Below are positions 1 to 13,253 of a DNA stretch of 64,000 nucleotides, piece by piece. Numbering within the stretch: position 1 is the first letter of the stretch; every line of letters starts with the position of its first letter. The notes beneath the pieces are model-generated. The model ran no database searches, was not told where the DNA came from, and saw only the letters and a program-made list of their open reading frames with translations. Source of the DNA: Euprymna scolopes (Eukaryota); assembly GCA_053919585.1 (NCBI GenBank), contig CM132803.1. The stretch is one strand, 5' to 3'. A program made the translations under genes and the position numbers.

Positions 1-1145
1 TCATCAGCTGTCAAGATAAAGGATCTCCTCCACTGCAAAGTAAGAGTAAGTTCTCCATCAAAGTCACCGATGTGAATGATGTAAGGCCACAGTTCTCTAT
101 GGAGACATTTAAGTTCTTGATTGAAGAGAATGAGAAGTCGAGATTTTCTGTTGGCTTCATCAATGCAACAGACCCAGACCTGGGAGTTGGAGGGAAACTC
201 ACCTATTCTCTGCTCACAAATAACAAACAGTTTTTACCTTTCAAAATCAAAGATGATGGCATGATTTCAGCTATTATGTCACTGGATCATGAGTTTCAAA
301 ACATTTACAAGTTTCAAGTATTTGTGAAAGATAATGGAATCCCATCTCTCAATAATACAGTCAACGTCATTGTTGAAGTGACTGATAAAAATGATAATGC
401 TCCGTATTTTACATTTCCCAGTGTCAATCCTTATAACATGGATGTTGTATATTACCGGCATCATTCAAAGAACATCACTTGTGTAAAGGCAGCTGATGGA
501 GATAGTCAAGAGAATGCATTTCTAAAATATGAAATAATCAGAGGCAATGACAAGCAGATGTTCACCATCAACCAGTACACTGGTTTGTTAACTTTCAATC
601 GGGCACTTGCGCAACAAGACGCTGGTTCCTATGAGCTAGTGTTTGTTGTCAAGGATAGTGGTAGTCCAGTTCTATCAGCAACAACTAGTATGTTTTTCAC
701 TGTGACTGTAAGCAACAAGACATCAGAAATGCTAAGTGCCGTTCATACAATCACTGAAGATAAAGTTGATCTTACATCAGTCATTATTATTACAGTTGTA
801 GCAGTGACAGTAGCAGTCATCATTACTGCTTCAATCTCGGTATGTATCATTCGCTGTAATGATCAGAGAAATGTCACATATGCCCATGCAATGGCACCAG
901 CTAATGTGGGTGTTGTTGGTCCAAGTGGCAGATATATGAGTGATCAGAGACATTTGATGTGTCCTTCAAAGCAAGGAATATCTTGGCCAACTGCTGTCAA
1001 TATAAATAAAAGTCAAGCAGATAAAATAAGAAATGCACATATAAACCAAACCAGCAGAGAATCTCATCCTGCAGAAAAGCTTCCCAGTCAGCAACAAAGA
1101 TCAGCTTCTCTTCCGCAGACACATTTGATTTCTGATTCACATCAG
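1..1145 (+). CDS. Protocadherin P1, 3' part of large exon (end of EC4, EC5, EC6, TM, juxtamembrane tail); 5' truncated by window
   Basis: Cadherin motifs DVNDVRPQF, ATDPD, LDHE, DKNDNAPYF; TM VIIITVVAVTVAVIITASISVCII; phase-0 donor CAG|GTTTG at 1145/1146. Confidence 0.93.
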
Positions 1146-1451
1146 GTTTGTGTTTTTGTTTGCATTTTTAAACAATTCTTCTGCCATTTATTATATATTT
1201 AAAATTGTGAACATTTTAATATTTTTAATTCTTTGGTAGTATTTATAATTGATAATGTTTTCATTTGTGGTTTTATGTCTAATTTCATGATTATAATGAT
1301 AATTTTACATTTTCACATAAAAATTCACTTTGATTAAAAATTTTCTTCAAATAACCTTTTCCCATTTTTTAAATTTAATTTTAAAATTTATCTCTTTTGT
1401 CATTGGAAATATAGGAAATATTATTTTTTAACTTTCTATTCATAACAACAG

Positions 1452-1608
1452 AATGATAATGAAACAATATCTATAAATAGTTCAAAGCCTACACAGCATC
1501 AAGTTGGTTCTTCTGAATATCTTAATCACCCTTCACCAAAATTGTCAAGAACTGGTAGTGGATGTAGTAGAAAAGAAACTACTACCAAACAAGTGGAAGA
1601 CATTTCAG
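1452..1608 (+). CDS. P1 cytoplasmic exon 3 (NDNETISINSSKPTQHQVGSSEYLNHPSPKLSRTG...EDIS)
   Basis: caacAG acceptor, g|GTATGA donor, open frame, 157 nt (phase 0 to 1), EYLNHPSPKL homologous to exon 3 of paralogs. Confidence 0.85.
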
Positions 1609-2652
1609 GTATGATAAAGTTTGTAGATTTTAATTAAATTTTTTTTATTCTTCAATGATAATTTAATGATTAAAATAATAATCATTTTCTATTGTACATT
1701 TTTATGGCACATATCTTTAAATTCTTCAGGATGCTTTAAGAGTCATCTTTATTTTCAAGAATTTCTGACTGTTGAATGCCAAAAATGATTTCAATACTTT
1801 ATATTGTTTTCATGTTACAAAGCACTTTTAATTAAATAAGTATATGATGGTAAAATTCCTTTAATAAAACATTATGGATCATATTGAAGTAGGTGATTAT
1901 TTTTTCATTATTAATGAAAAGGAATGTAATAAACAAAAGTGTTGAATAAAATATTGAAATTAACAAAGTCAGGTTCTTATAAAACAAACGTTTTTTTTAA
2001 CCCTAAGCAATGCATATTGGCATTGAGAAATAAGATATTACATTCTCACTTTAGTATTTTTTCTGATAACTCTTAATTATACTGAAAGAAATATAGGATT
2101 CTATATGACAAACAAAAACTTATTCATTTGAGCCACAATATTTCTGCATAGGTGAGCAGAGGTCAGAAATGAGTTTTCTGACATGCATTACTGTTTTACC
2201 ATTTTAACGAATTTTCTATTTCAAGACATTATTCTGAGTTTTGTTTTAAACTATTTTCTAATTTCACAGTGATCCAGAATGTTACATCAAATTGGTTTAA
2301 TCCAATTCTTTTTACATTTTTAGAACTTTTGAATTATATATGACTAAAATATGTGTTGACAACAAAGCTTATATTTGTATATTAATAGATTTTCATATTG
2401 AAAACATTTATTTACATTTTCATTAAAGATTTGTTCTGGTTTAATATATTTTTATAAAAATTTAATTCTGATTCAGTAATTGTTTCTTACATTTATTTTT
2501 TTAATATTTAAGTAACTTTTCAGATTTTCATATTTGAAATAAAAGTATCCCATAAAATTTATGAAATACAGTTTTCATATATTAAAAATAGCATAATATT
2601 TTTATTATGTAAATGTATTTTATTAACCATTATTGCTGTTTATGTCAATCAG

Positions 2653-2924
2653 GATTATATGCTTCCCAGTACTGCAATTCTCCATCAAAACGAAGAGGGC
2701 AACGATCACAAGAAACAGAGATGAGGCCATTGGGACAGACTGTCAACTACCCAAGTGATACAACCATTGTGGCCAGGGGATTCTACACACCAAGCCTTTC
2801 ACAAAACAATGATAACAAAGACTCTGTGGCAGAAGATAGTAATTCTTCTGATATAAGTCAGCAATCAGTTGGAAATATTTATAGAAATCCAAGACCCTTA
2901 CCACCTGTACCACATCAAAGCTAG
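2653..2924 (+). CDS. P1 terminal cytoplasmic exon 4 (..LYASQYCNSPSK...RNPRPLPPVPHQS*)
   Basis: tcAG acceptor in phase 1, in frame with exon 3; near-identical to exon 4 of the other genes. Confidence 0.88.
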
Positions 2925-3906
2925 CTTTTCCTAATATATGATACATAAAGCATGATAAAGATTGTTTACATTTCATATTTATAAAATATAAACTTGTCAA
3001 GTAATACCTATCAAATAAATCTTGTTCATTATTTAAATATAGTTAAATGAAAACATACTAAATTTAGTAAAAGATATTCCTGCTATAAAATATAATAGTT
3101 TTGAGTATTAGACTTTCAAATAAGCCTTGAGTTGAAAAATTAAAAAAATAAATAAAAAACTCATACAATTTGATTGTTTGCAGTAATGCCAAAGAATCCT
3201 AATGGATTCTTATCTTGCTTCTATTTACACTTCAATAAAATCTAAATAATCTATGTATTATTTATAATATCAGAAAACATCTCATGTGTATGTGGTTTTT
3301 TTTTTGTTGATACATAAGATTACATGATTATGTATTATTTATTATGTTATTTTTTATTTATTATTAATCAAATATTACAATTAAAAATAAAATAAGGAAA
3401 ACTGAAACAAATTTAATAAAATTCTGTTAAAAACAAGATTGTAGTGAATAAATAGTTTTTGCTAAATCTTCAGCCTGACAATGTATTACCATCTGGAGAA
3501 TATCAAGTAAATAGAGCTAGTAAATTTATTTAAAAAAAATCACATTATTATAAAAAATAAAACTGATAAAAGAAAATACTAATACATATATAATAGGGCA
3601 GTCCATAAAGATATTCTTCAATGGATAAATAAAATAATGAACACAACTTTAAAATAAGAGATCATACTTAGCTTGAAATTAAGTGTTGTATTCAAATAAC
3701 ATTTTCTCCAAGTAATAATTTATGCCTAAAGGTAAATTTAATTTTCATGATATGATAAAATTATTTTAATTTCCTGTCATTTTTATCATATAATACTTAA
3801 AACTAGAAGCGAGCAGCAATTTTAAAACAAATATTTGACACTTTAGTATTTAAAAAGATAAAGGAATGAAAAAAGCAAATGTGGATAAGTAGCTAGGAGT
3901 TTAAAT

Positions 3907-4255
3907 GCATCATGAGAGTCAAAATAGTATTTTTCTACTTTTAATATTTTCAAGAAGGATATGAATAACTGTGTGTTAATCTTTAAACCATTTATAATAG
4001 TAGTCATATATAAATAAAAAATTGATTTAGATATACTAAAACATATTCTCTGTATGAAACAAAACAATCATCAAATACTGTAACAGCCATTGCATACGCA
4101 ACATATTAATTAGGACTACTGCTTCATTTCTCTCACCAACATCCATTTGTAATAAATAGCTTCCAAACAATAAAAAAACACAAAAAACAGTTGCAATACA
4201 ATATACCAGATATAGTTTGCATCTTCATAAATCTGCAGTGAATTGTACAATAAAG
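3907..4255 (+). promoter_or_regulatory. Degenerate promoter module and non-coding exon 1 of pseudogene psiA
   Basis: GCATCATGAGA (3907-3917; others GCATTTTGGGA), TGTAACAGCCATT-N20-AGGA at 4079, donor AAG|GTAAG at 4255/4256. Confidence 0.65.
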
Positions 4256-4484
4256 GTAAGATTATTTGATAATTTTCTTTTCATTTATGACACATGTAGA
4301 AATTAAATGATGGAGATTCATGTAAAAAAATAGAAGACATTATTAATCAATTCATTTTTATTTTTGTATGAAAACGAATTGTACATTCTTTTATTACTAT
4401 TTATTTTCAAGTATAAAACTATAGTTTTAAATTATCAATAGCATAATTAAGTACAGATTTCTTAAATACTACAGCTTTAATTTG

Positions 4485-4847
4485 TGAGGGTCATTCCAAA
4501 AGTAAAGCCTCCTATTTTTTAATTCAAAAAGTTGAAAAGCTACAAAACTGGAAGTGGTGTCATTAAAACGAGTAATCTTTTGTACTCTATAATTTATTTT
4601 TCTACATCACCACCACTATTCTCAATGCATGTCTGCCAGGAATTCAATAGCACATTTCTACTTCTGATGCACGCACACACAGGGGTTGCTTTCTTAGAGC
4701 CTCACACTGTCAATATCTGCAACAGAGATGAAGTTTTAAGTCATGAATACATAAGTTCAATCATCATAACAATGCAATTTGCAATCCTCTCTGATTCATT
4801 CAGGCAGAATAAAAAAATAGGATGCATTACTTTTGGAACACCCCTCA
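4485..4847 (-). mobile_element. Internally deleted Tc1/mariner-type element
   Basis: Imperfect TIRs TGAGGGTCATTCCAAAAGTAAAGCCTCCTATTTTT / AAAAATAGGATGCATTACTTTTGGAACACCCCTCA followed by TA; minus strand reads WQTCIENSGD-VEK*, resembling a mariner transposase C-terminus. Confidence 0.75.
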
Positions 4848-7652
4848 TAATTTCTGTTATGGAATGTGATTGTAGGTTTAATTTTTTATTTTTTAGAATG
4901 CAGTAAAACATACATTTGCTAAATTCAAAATACATGGTATTTGTATTAAAAAAGCAACAACCTGGAAATTAATAATCTCCAATTAAATTTTTAGTTTTTA
5001 GCTTTTACTTAAACATAATGCGAACATTTTAAACAAAATGGCTGCCTCACAAGAACTATTCGCATAACGCTTAAGATATTAACATAACCGAGAACAGTAA
5101 AATGTTTTTAAGAATTTCTTGCACAGTTACTGACAGCATTGAAATCTTTAAAGTTATTTTAAATATCAGCTCTCTTTAAAAAGTAAAAATAATATTAAAA
5201 GTCTAAATGTAAAAGAAAACTATCATTTTAGAATAACTATCTTAAGAACTGATTGTTTGTTATGTTTCTTTGAGTGCTTGCCTTTTGAACAATCTTCTCA
5301 ATTCAATTATTAAAAAAAATTATGTACAGAAATTTACACAATACAACATCAGATAAAATTCTATTAAGTATTTTATCTAGTTGTTAAAAGAAAAAATTCC
5401 CTGTAATAACTTTTCAAGTTATTTCTGAATTAATCTTAAAATGTTTTATGCTATTTTAATTTGATCAGGCAACTTGTTCCAAATATATATTACTCTGTTA
5501 GTAAAAAAAGATTAATTGTTTAATAAATTTAGTTTTTGAAATTTGTTTGAACAGTAATCTTCCAGATAAATAAGAAAAAAAAGTTACCACTATAGTTAAA
5601 AATGTCATCAGAGTTTGAAATGTTATGTATTTGAAAGTTGAAATTAAATTAATTTTCAATCTTCTGCACTTTTTGTCGGAATCCTTTGAACTGGTGAGAT
5701 AACAGTATTCAAAGCAGTGCTAACACTTATTTATATATATTAAATTGCTTTTCTATCCTCTCTGGAATAACTGTCTGTTCATGCCTACATGTCTATAGCT
5801 TAATCTAGTTGCTTATTTTTTAACAATCTTTCAGGCATATAGTTTGATTCTAATTAATTTATAAAAGTATGCCTGATTTGCTGTTGGAAGTCTGAATCAG
5901 TATTTTAGATTTCTAATCCCTCATTTGGTGATGGGCAGGTGGCAGCTAATGCAGGACGAGCAAAAATTGTTTTTTCTTTACATAAAAATTCAGTCCAGAA
6001 TGTCCATGGTACTTTCATAAGTTCCATAATGAAAAATTTTATAAATTGATATTGTAATGTGATGTACTAACAAGTTTATTCGTTTTAGTATTAGATGAAT
6101 TGTTCTACAATATTTCCAGACATTAGTAGAATTTGAGTCTGTAGAGTTCAAGTGCAGTCATTTGATTTCAAACATTTATCCATAATTATATATATTTAAT
6201 AAATTGTAATTAGAAATGTGTTTAGCTTAATAAGGCTTAATTGAACACAATAATGTTTGTGACCATAATTCTAAACATTATAATGTATTTATTTTATATT
6301 TAAGAAAGATGAGAGGGGAGGTAATTGGTTGTTTTAATATCTTTCTGACTTCAATATTATATTCCAATTTACATGTCTAGATGTTGATGACCATGCCAGA
6401 GTACAATACTTTATTTTAGTACCTTAGTGTTTTACATATTTTTAAAACAACATTTGGTTCACTTAAAATATTTCAAACCATCCATCTAATCATTCCATTT
6501 TTCTGTAATATAACTGTATAAATGCAGTTTTTATTAAAAGTAAATAATGTTTAATTTTTTTTTTTTATTGATATACTAGCATGACCTGTGTCTCTGCATT
6601 GCCTGGGAAAAAGTGTAAGCCCCCAAAATAAAATTGCAAATTAGTTGACCTTATGACAAAAGTCACATCATACACCTAAGAAATAAGATCCCAAAAAACT
6701 GTTAATGTCTTTTTTACCACGAGCAATGTCACAACTTTACTTTATGTGTACACATTAATATAATTTTTCTAAATATGATCCAAAAAATTTTGGTGAAGAA
6801 GGGAGGGATAGCTTAAATAAAAGAAATAATACCAAAGGTTCTGTGTTGCGGTGGGAGTAGAGATACAGTTTTAATTAATTTAGTAATTAGATAATTTTTT
6901 AAATAGTTTTTTAAAAGCTTTTGTGGGAATAGGGAGAGGCCTGATAAAAAAATGCTGGTACTAAATAGCTCCTAAAACTTTCCATATTTTAATATATGCA
7001 TGTTTTGCTAAAAATTTTAAAGCCAGTAAGAAAGTTTTCTATTACATAATTTAAATGTTTTCAATTTCCTTTAAAGTTTCTTTTAAAATTATTAACAAAA
7101 GAAGAATATTTAAATGACTAATATTTTGAGCCTGAGTGATGATGTGTGTTAGTAGGGAGTGGAGGGGATGCCTTTGTTTATAATTTTCATTTTATAAGGA
7201 TATCAGACCAGCAACCACAAGGTTGCTAAAATTATTTGTAGAGCACAAATTCTAGAAAATAAACCAGTATCTGTAAATAGAAGTATTTGTTATATTATAA
7301 TCAAAACAAATGCTGAATAGAAATATAATAAAAACAATAGTTAATTAGTGAAATTTTCTTTTACAAATAAGTTAATATTACAATATGGATGGCATATGCT
7401 TTAGCAGTATGTCAGAAAGGTTCGTTTCTGCAATGTAAAAATTAAAATAATGTTTCAAGTTCACTGTTAGCAAGAGCTATCACAACTTTATATGTACAGA
7501 TTAGAGTAAATCTTTAAAAAAAAATTTTTTTTATTTTTTTATTATTTCATACTTGAAATCTATTTTTTGACTTACTGTTTTTTTGTTTGATATTTAAAAA
7601 AATGCATTGTGGAGATATGAAAATTTGATAAACCATATCTTGAATAGCAAAC

Positions 7653-10010
7653 ATGTTTTTACAAACAAATATCACTATCTCTATTTAATACATATGTGAA
7701 GCTACAGATTTGACGTTTAAAATACATGAATGGATAAGTCCTGGCACTTACCTTGAAGACATTGCTGCCGATTCTAATGTGATGGATGATGTGGCCATAT
7801 AGGATCAAAATCTCATTGCAATCAGTCTTATGGAACAGGATGAAACAAGCAGCTTTCAATTATTCTGCGTTTCTAAAAATACAGGAAACTTTTATAGAGC
7901 AAAAACATTGGATGCTGAATCTTTATGCATATTTGAAAAAAGAATGTTTTCTGATGGTAAATATTGCTGTTCAAAGAGTACATACAATAAGCAGAATATT
8001 AAAAATCAAAGTAATAATTGAAAATGTAAATCAACCAGAATTTCCAAATAAGCAAGTTAATATTGAATTTTCAGAAGACGATGGCAAAGGGATAAAACGT
8101 ATGATCTCAAATGCAGTAGATAAGAATATTGAATACATTAATTTTCAGATTATCTAGAAATTAAAAAAATATAAAGATGAAACATTTGGTTTAACTAAAA
8201 TGTAGATCGAACAGCTGATCTGTATATTATCTTAAAAAAAGATTGAACAGAGAAGTGAAAGAAAGCTACATGGTAAAAGTCATTGCTAAAGATGGTGGAC
8301 CCCCTTCCCTATTTTCACGTGTGACTGAAAACCCAAATATCTATGCATTATATTGCCAATCTTATCAAAACCCTTGATTCCAGAAAAGCAACTGATCCTG
8401 ATGGCATTCCAGTCACAGTACTCAAAAACCAAACTAACTCTCATACTTACAAATCTTTTTAAATGTTGTCTTACGGAGAAATGCTTACCAACACCTTGGA
8501 AAACTTCATCAGTAAGATGTATTGAAAAATTCTCGAGATCGATCATCTGCCCCTCACCCCAGTACAGACCAATCAGTATCCTGTACGTCATGAGTAAGTT
8601 GCTGGACTCTGTGATAAATAGAGAAGTGGTCAACCTCCTCAGCAAAAATAACCTATTCGGTGACATGCAATATGGTTCATGTTTTGCTAGATGTATAGCT
8701 GATGTGCCAGCTGTAATATCACACAAGATTAGTGAATCTCTTGACAGGGGCTTTGTTTCTAGAGCAATTGCTCTTGACATATCAAAGCCTTTTGATAATA
8801 TATAGCATAATAGTCTACTTCACAAGATTTTCAGCTGTGGAATAGCTGAAAAGTCCTCCCAATTATTAAATCCTTTCTCTCTCATAGGTTTATCATCCTG
8901 GGTCCAACTCTTTGTGATCTTCATCAATGAACTTCCAAATCACATTCTTAGACAACACTACCATCTATGGCAACACTTCAAAGGTCAACAATATCATCCA
9001 GAATAACCAAGATCTCTTTGATTCTCTCTGTACTGATCTTGAGCATGTGATGCAATAGAGAAAAGGTGGTTGATTAATTTTAATGTATCTAAAACCAAGC
9101 TTCTCTCTTTCCATCATAAATGTTCTGACCCCCCATCTAACCAACTGAAATGAATGGCTCCCATCTTGGGGAAGCACCATATTTTGACAAGCTTGTTGAA
9201 CTTATGTTCACTTCTGATCTGAAATGGAACACATGCATCAAATCTGTTGCCAAGATTGTCGGAAAAATGGTTGGATTATTCTACTGCTCTAGTAGATATC
9301 TCACTGCTGATGCAATCCTCTAACTGTATAAGAGCAAGGTATATTCTAGGATGCGAGCCTGTCTTTGTTCTATCATTATTTTCATGACAAGTACTTATCT
9401 GAGCTTCAAATTTTCACAAAAAACACTTGTCTAGCTACAACCACTATCAACAATTTCCACCACTTTATTTGTGCCTAAATCTAAACACAAATTCTATGAA
9501 CAAAGCTTCTTACCTAGAACTATCCATCTGTTCTGCTGGACTGCTTTGCGGCTGACTACAATATGATCACCTTCATATCCAATATAAAAAAGTTCTTGTT
9601 GAGCCATCCACTTAAATAATCAAATTATACCCAATTTCCAACACTATCTATTACTATGCTGTCCTGGTTATTACTGTATACTCATTAACCCTGATTAGTG
9701 ACCTTCGGACATTGACCAAACCTTGTTAAAAAAAAAATAAAAAATAAAAAAAAAATAAATAAATAAAAATAAACAAGTATTTTAGATGTTCACATTTCAG
9801 TTGCAGATGTGAATGATAATCCTCCTGTCTTCTCACAAAATTTTTATAATGTCACAATCAAAAATGAACCAAGTGAAACTTCTTCTATTGCAACTTTATC
9901 TGCCACAGATTTAGTTTATATACTGAAGCTAGAGATGAGGGTAGTTCTCCTTTGAATTCTCTTGCTATGATTTTGGTAAACTTCAGAAGTGCTCATATAA
10001 ACTAAACCAG
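7653..10010 (+). pseudogene. Protocadherin pseudogene psiA (EC1-EC2, LINE insertion, EC3 remnants, fragment of tail)
   Basis: Frameshifted and stop-containing homology to paralogs; EC2 (NIEFSEDDGKGIKRMISNAVDK) closest to P3; interrupted at 8308-9769; large deletions after ~9915 and ~9981. Confidence 0.9.
8308..9769 (+). mobile_element. 5'-truncated, decayed non-LTR retrotransposon (CR1/Jockey-group LINE, RT region to A-rich tail)
   Basis: YRPISIL, QYG, ALDISKPFD and GP-LF-IFINELP RT motifs; A-rich tail 9728-9769; Pcdh sequence resumes exactly (CCTTC|TAAACAA). Confidence 0.88.
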
Positions 10011-10114
10011 GTAAATTTTAAAATAAAAATGAGGAGATAAAATATAAGTTTTCAATACTTTAATGAAAGCTAAAAATTCAAATTTACTTAAATTTATTTA
10101 TTTTTTTATTTCAG

Positions 10115-13100
10115 TTACGATAAAATTGAATTCATCAGATTCTTTCCAGAAGCAATCATACATAAAAATGATAGTATTAACATTTTTGATATTTCTACAC
10201 ATTTGTCATGGTGTGGATTTATCATTTGAATTGAAGAAGGTAAAAGTTCTGGCACTTACCTTGGAGACATTGCTGCTGGTTCTAATGTGATGGATGATGT
10301 GGCCATACAAGATCAAAATCTCATTGCATTCAGTCTTATGGAACAGGATGGAACAAGCAGCTCTCCATTATTCCGGATTTCTAAAAATACAGGAAAACTT
10401 TATACAGCACAAACATTGGATGCGGAATCATTGTGTACATTTAACAAGGAATGTTTTGTGATGGTTGATGTTTAAAATAAAATGAACACTGGACAGATTT
10501 TTTTAGAAAAGAAATTTACATTGAGTAATGCATTAACACATAACTTGTAGGTGTTCGATGTGGAAACAAAAGATATGTATGAAGGTGCAACAAGATGTTG
10601 GTTCCTATGAGGTAGTGTTGGTTATCAAGGATAGTGGTAGCCCAGTTCTATCAGCAACAACTAGTATGTTTTTCATTATGACTGTAAGCAACAGAACATC
10701 AGAAATGCTAAGTGCCGTTCATACAATCACTGAAGATAAAGTTGATCTTACATCAATCATTATTATTACGGTTGTAGCAGTGACTGTAGCAGTGACTATT
10801 ATTGCTTCAATTTTGGTATCTATTATTCGATGTAATGATCAGAACAATGTCACATATGCCCATGCAATGGAACCAACCAATGTGGGTGTTGTTGGTCCAA
10901 GTGGAAGGCATATGAGTGCTCAGAGCTATTTGATGTGTCCTTCAAAGCCAACTACTATCAATGTAAACAAAAACCAAGCATATAAAATCAGGTGCTCATA
11001 TAAACCAAATCAGCAAGCAATCCCACATGGCAGAAAACCTTCCCAATCAACAACACAGATCGGCTTCCTTGATACAAACACAAATGTCTACTGAAGCAGA
11101 TCTACAGGTTTGTTTCTATTTATATTTCTTGCTGTAAAATTTTAATAATTTTTTTGTAAATCCCTTTTTAGCTAGGATCAAAACTAATCGACAAACTCAC
11201 CCACCTCGATATGGCTAGAGAAACTGGTTGTGAAAGTATATAGTGCAAAGCTTTGACCATTGTTTTAAACCATACTTTTGTAAATGCATTTCCTTTCTGT
11301 ATTGTTTAGTGATGGCAGTGTTACAAGTAAATATGATAAAAATACCTAAAAAAAAAGGTGGATAAAAGTAGCAAGTTTGTGTGTATGAAAAGGAACAAGT
11401 ACTAGAATGTGCTCCTACCTGAGCACGGTGCACATAGTTTCTGGTCCTCTCAAACCCTAGTCCTTCGGGTAAGTTTAACTTCTTAGCTAGATGGATAAAT
11501 GAATCCCCCATCCTTCCTGGTATTAGAGGTCGAGATCCTCCAAGGCGCCCATTCACAAATTCATCTTGGAAGGACACCATCCACTCTCCCAAACCACATT
11601 CCTATTTCTTTTTTTCTCACTTAGAGATTGTGCTTTCAGTTCTGAACAAATCAGAAAACCATGGGGAGTCTATTATTTAGAAAGGGTTGGAAGATGGGGG
11701 TTGCGAATTATTTGTTTTTGTTTTCCTATTTCCCATTTTATCCCAATAAGTTTGTGTTTATAAATATCTTTATGAAAAATGAAATTTAAAAAAATTTGAA
11801 GATGCCTAAAGTAAGATGGTCCCTAGAATAAATATAATATTGGGGTGATTGAGATCATTCCAGTTCAGAGTTGGATAGACAATTTTATCACTTTTAGCCC
11901 AAGAATGACCAACGACTAATTTCCCCTATACTTTTTATGACGCTGTGCCTAATTTGTTACATTGTATATTTTTTACTTGATAACAAATAAATAATCCAAA
12001 GTATTTGTCCTGATACAACACTCCATCTTTTCTTCTAAACGACTACAATTTTTTTACTATTTTCCCAATCCAGAGTCTTTTTAAGGAGCTAGATTTTCTC
12101 TACATTAAAAATCAACCTTATATATAACTCTGACCTCATGAAAAGGCAAGCAAATAGGAACCCCAAAGAAACATTTCATATTATTTAATAATTTTCAATA
12201 ATGTTTTGTATAATTACTAGTTAATTTGATCTAATTTTATTTGATTAATCTATATTTTTACTGTATATAATAATTATTTTATATTATTTTTTGAATTTAA
12301 AATACTCAAATTCCTCAATATCATTTGTTATTTTATCGTGACTAGCATGAAGTTAAATCATTAACTGAAAGCATCCAAAGTAAATCAGCAATTTACAACA
12401 AACCATCCCCAAAGATGACAAGAAAGGAAACTTCACAAAATAGAAGTCGGACTAATATACAATGTGATTAAGGAACAGGTAAGAAGAAGTTTTTGTTTTT
12501 AATTTTTTACAAATACAAATTTTAATTCATAACAAATGTATATATCAAACTTTTGTCACATTTTCATTATAAAAATAACATAATTTTTATGACTTCAAAA
12601 ATGTTTTTATCATTAGCTAAATCATTTTATCTATATTATTAATTCAATTTCATTTCCTATCAAGCAAAAAGCATTTAACATTGTATTTCCATCATAAAGT
12701 TTCTGTTTTTTTTCTGAATGAAACAAATTATATTTAATTCATTTTTGTTTCAATATGATTTAATATTTATTTTATTGCATTTTCTAACTAAAATTTAATT
12801 ATATAAAGCAATAAAATGAAATCAAAATGCAAATGAATTTTTTAATGATTTCTAAGTTTATCTCTAAATATTTTTAACGTTTTTTAAATTTATTTCTAAA
12901 TATTTTTAATGTTTTCTAAGTATATTTCCAAATATTCATAATATATATTTTTTTTATTATTAGTATGCTCTTTTGCTTTTGTATTTCAAGAGATGTTTAC
13001 TTCCCAGTACTGCAATTTTCCAAAACAAAGACGGCTGCCAGCACAAAAGACAGAGATGAAGCCAATGGGACAGACTGTCAACTTCCCAAGTGATACAACC

Positions 13101-13253
13101 ATTATGGCCAGGGGATTCTATACACCAAATATTTCACAAAACAATAACAACAAAGAGTCTGTGACAGAAGATAATAACGTTTGTTATACAAGTCTCTTGT
13201 CAACAGGAAATATTTATAGAAATCCAAGACCTTTACCCCCAGTACCTCACTAA
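10115..13253 (+). pseudogene. Protocadherin pseudogene psiB: deleted large exon 10115-11107, exon-3 remnant ~12346-12478, exon 4 ~12991-13253
   Basis: Acceptor and leader nearly identical to P2, first ATG changed to ACG, frameshift in EC1, EC2, EC4 and EC5 deleted, donor CAG|GTTTG at 11107; exon-3 remnant has a stop; exon 4 still open. Confidence 0.88.

Noticed and set aside
11-464. Recurrent minus-strand 63-aa and 61-aa ORFs (also at 17681, 27945, 37192, 45516, 52398, 60510 and neighbours)
   Set aside because: Shadow frames of the homogenised Pcdh block; their recurrence is explained by sense-strand identity
11215-11763. 125-aa and 65-aa ORFs in the psiB intron
   Set aside because: No recognisable domain; probably a decayed repeat that I cannot classify
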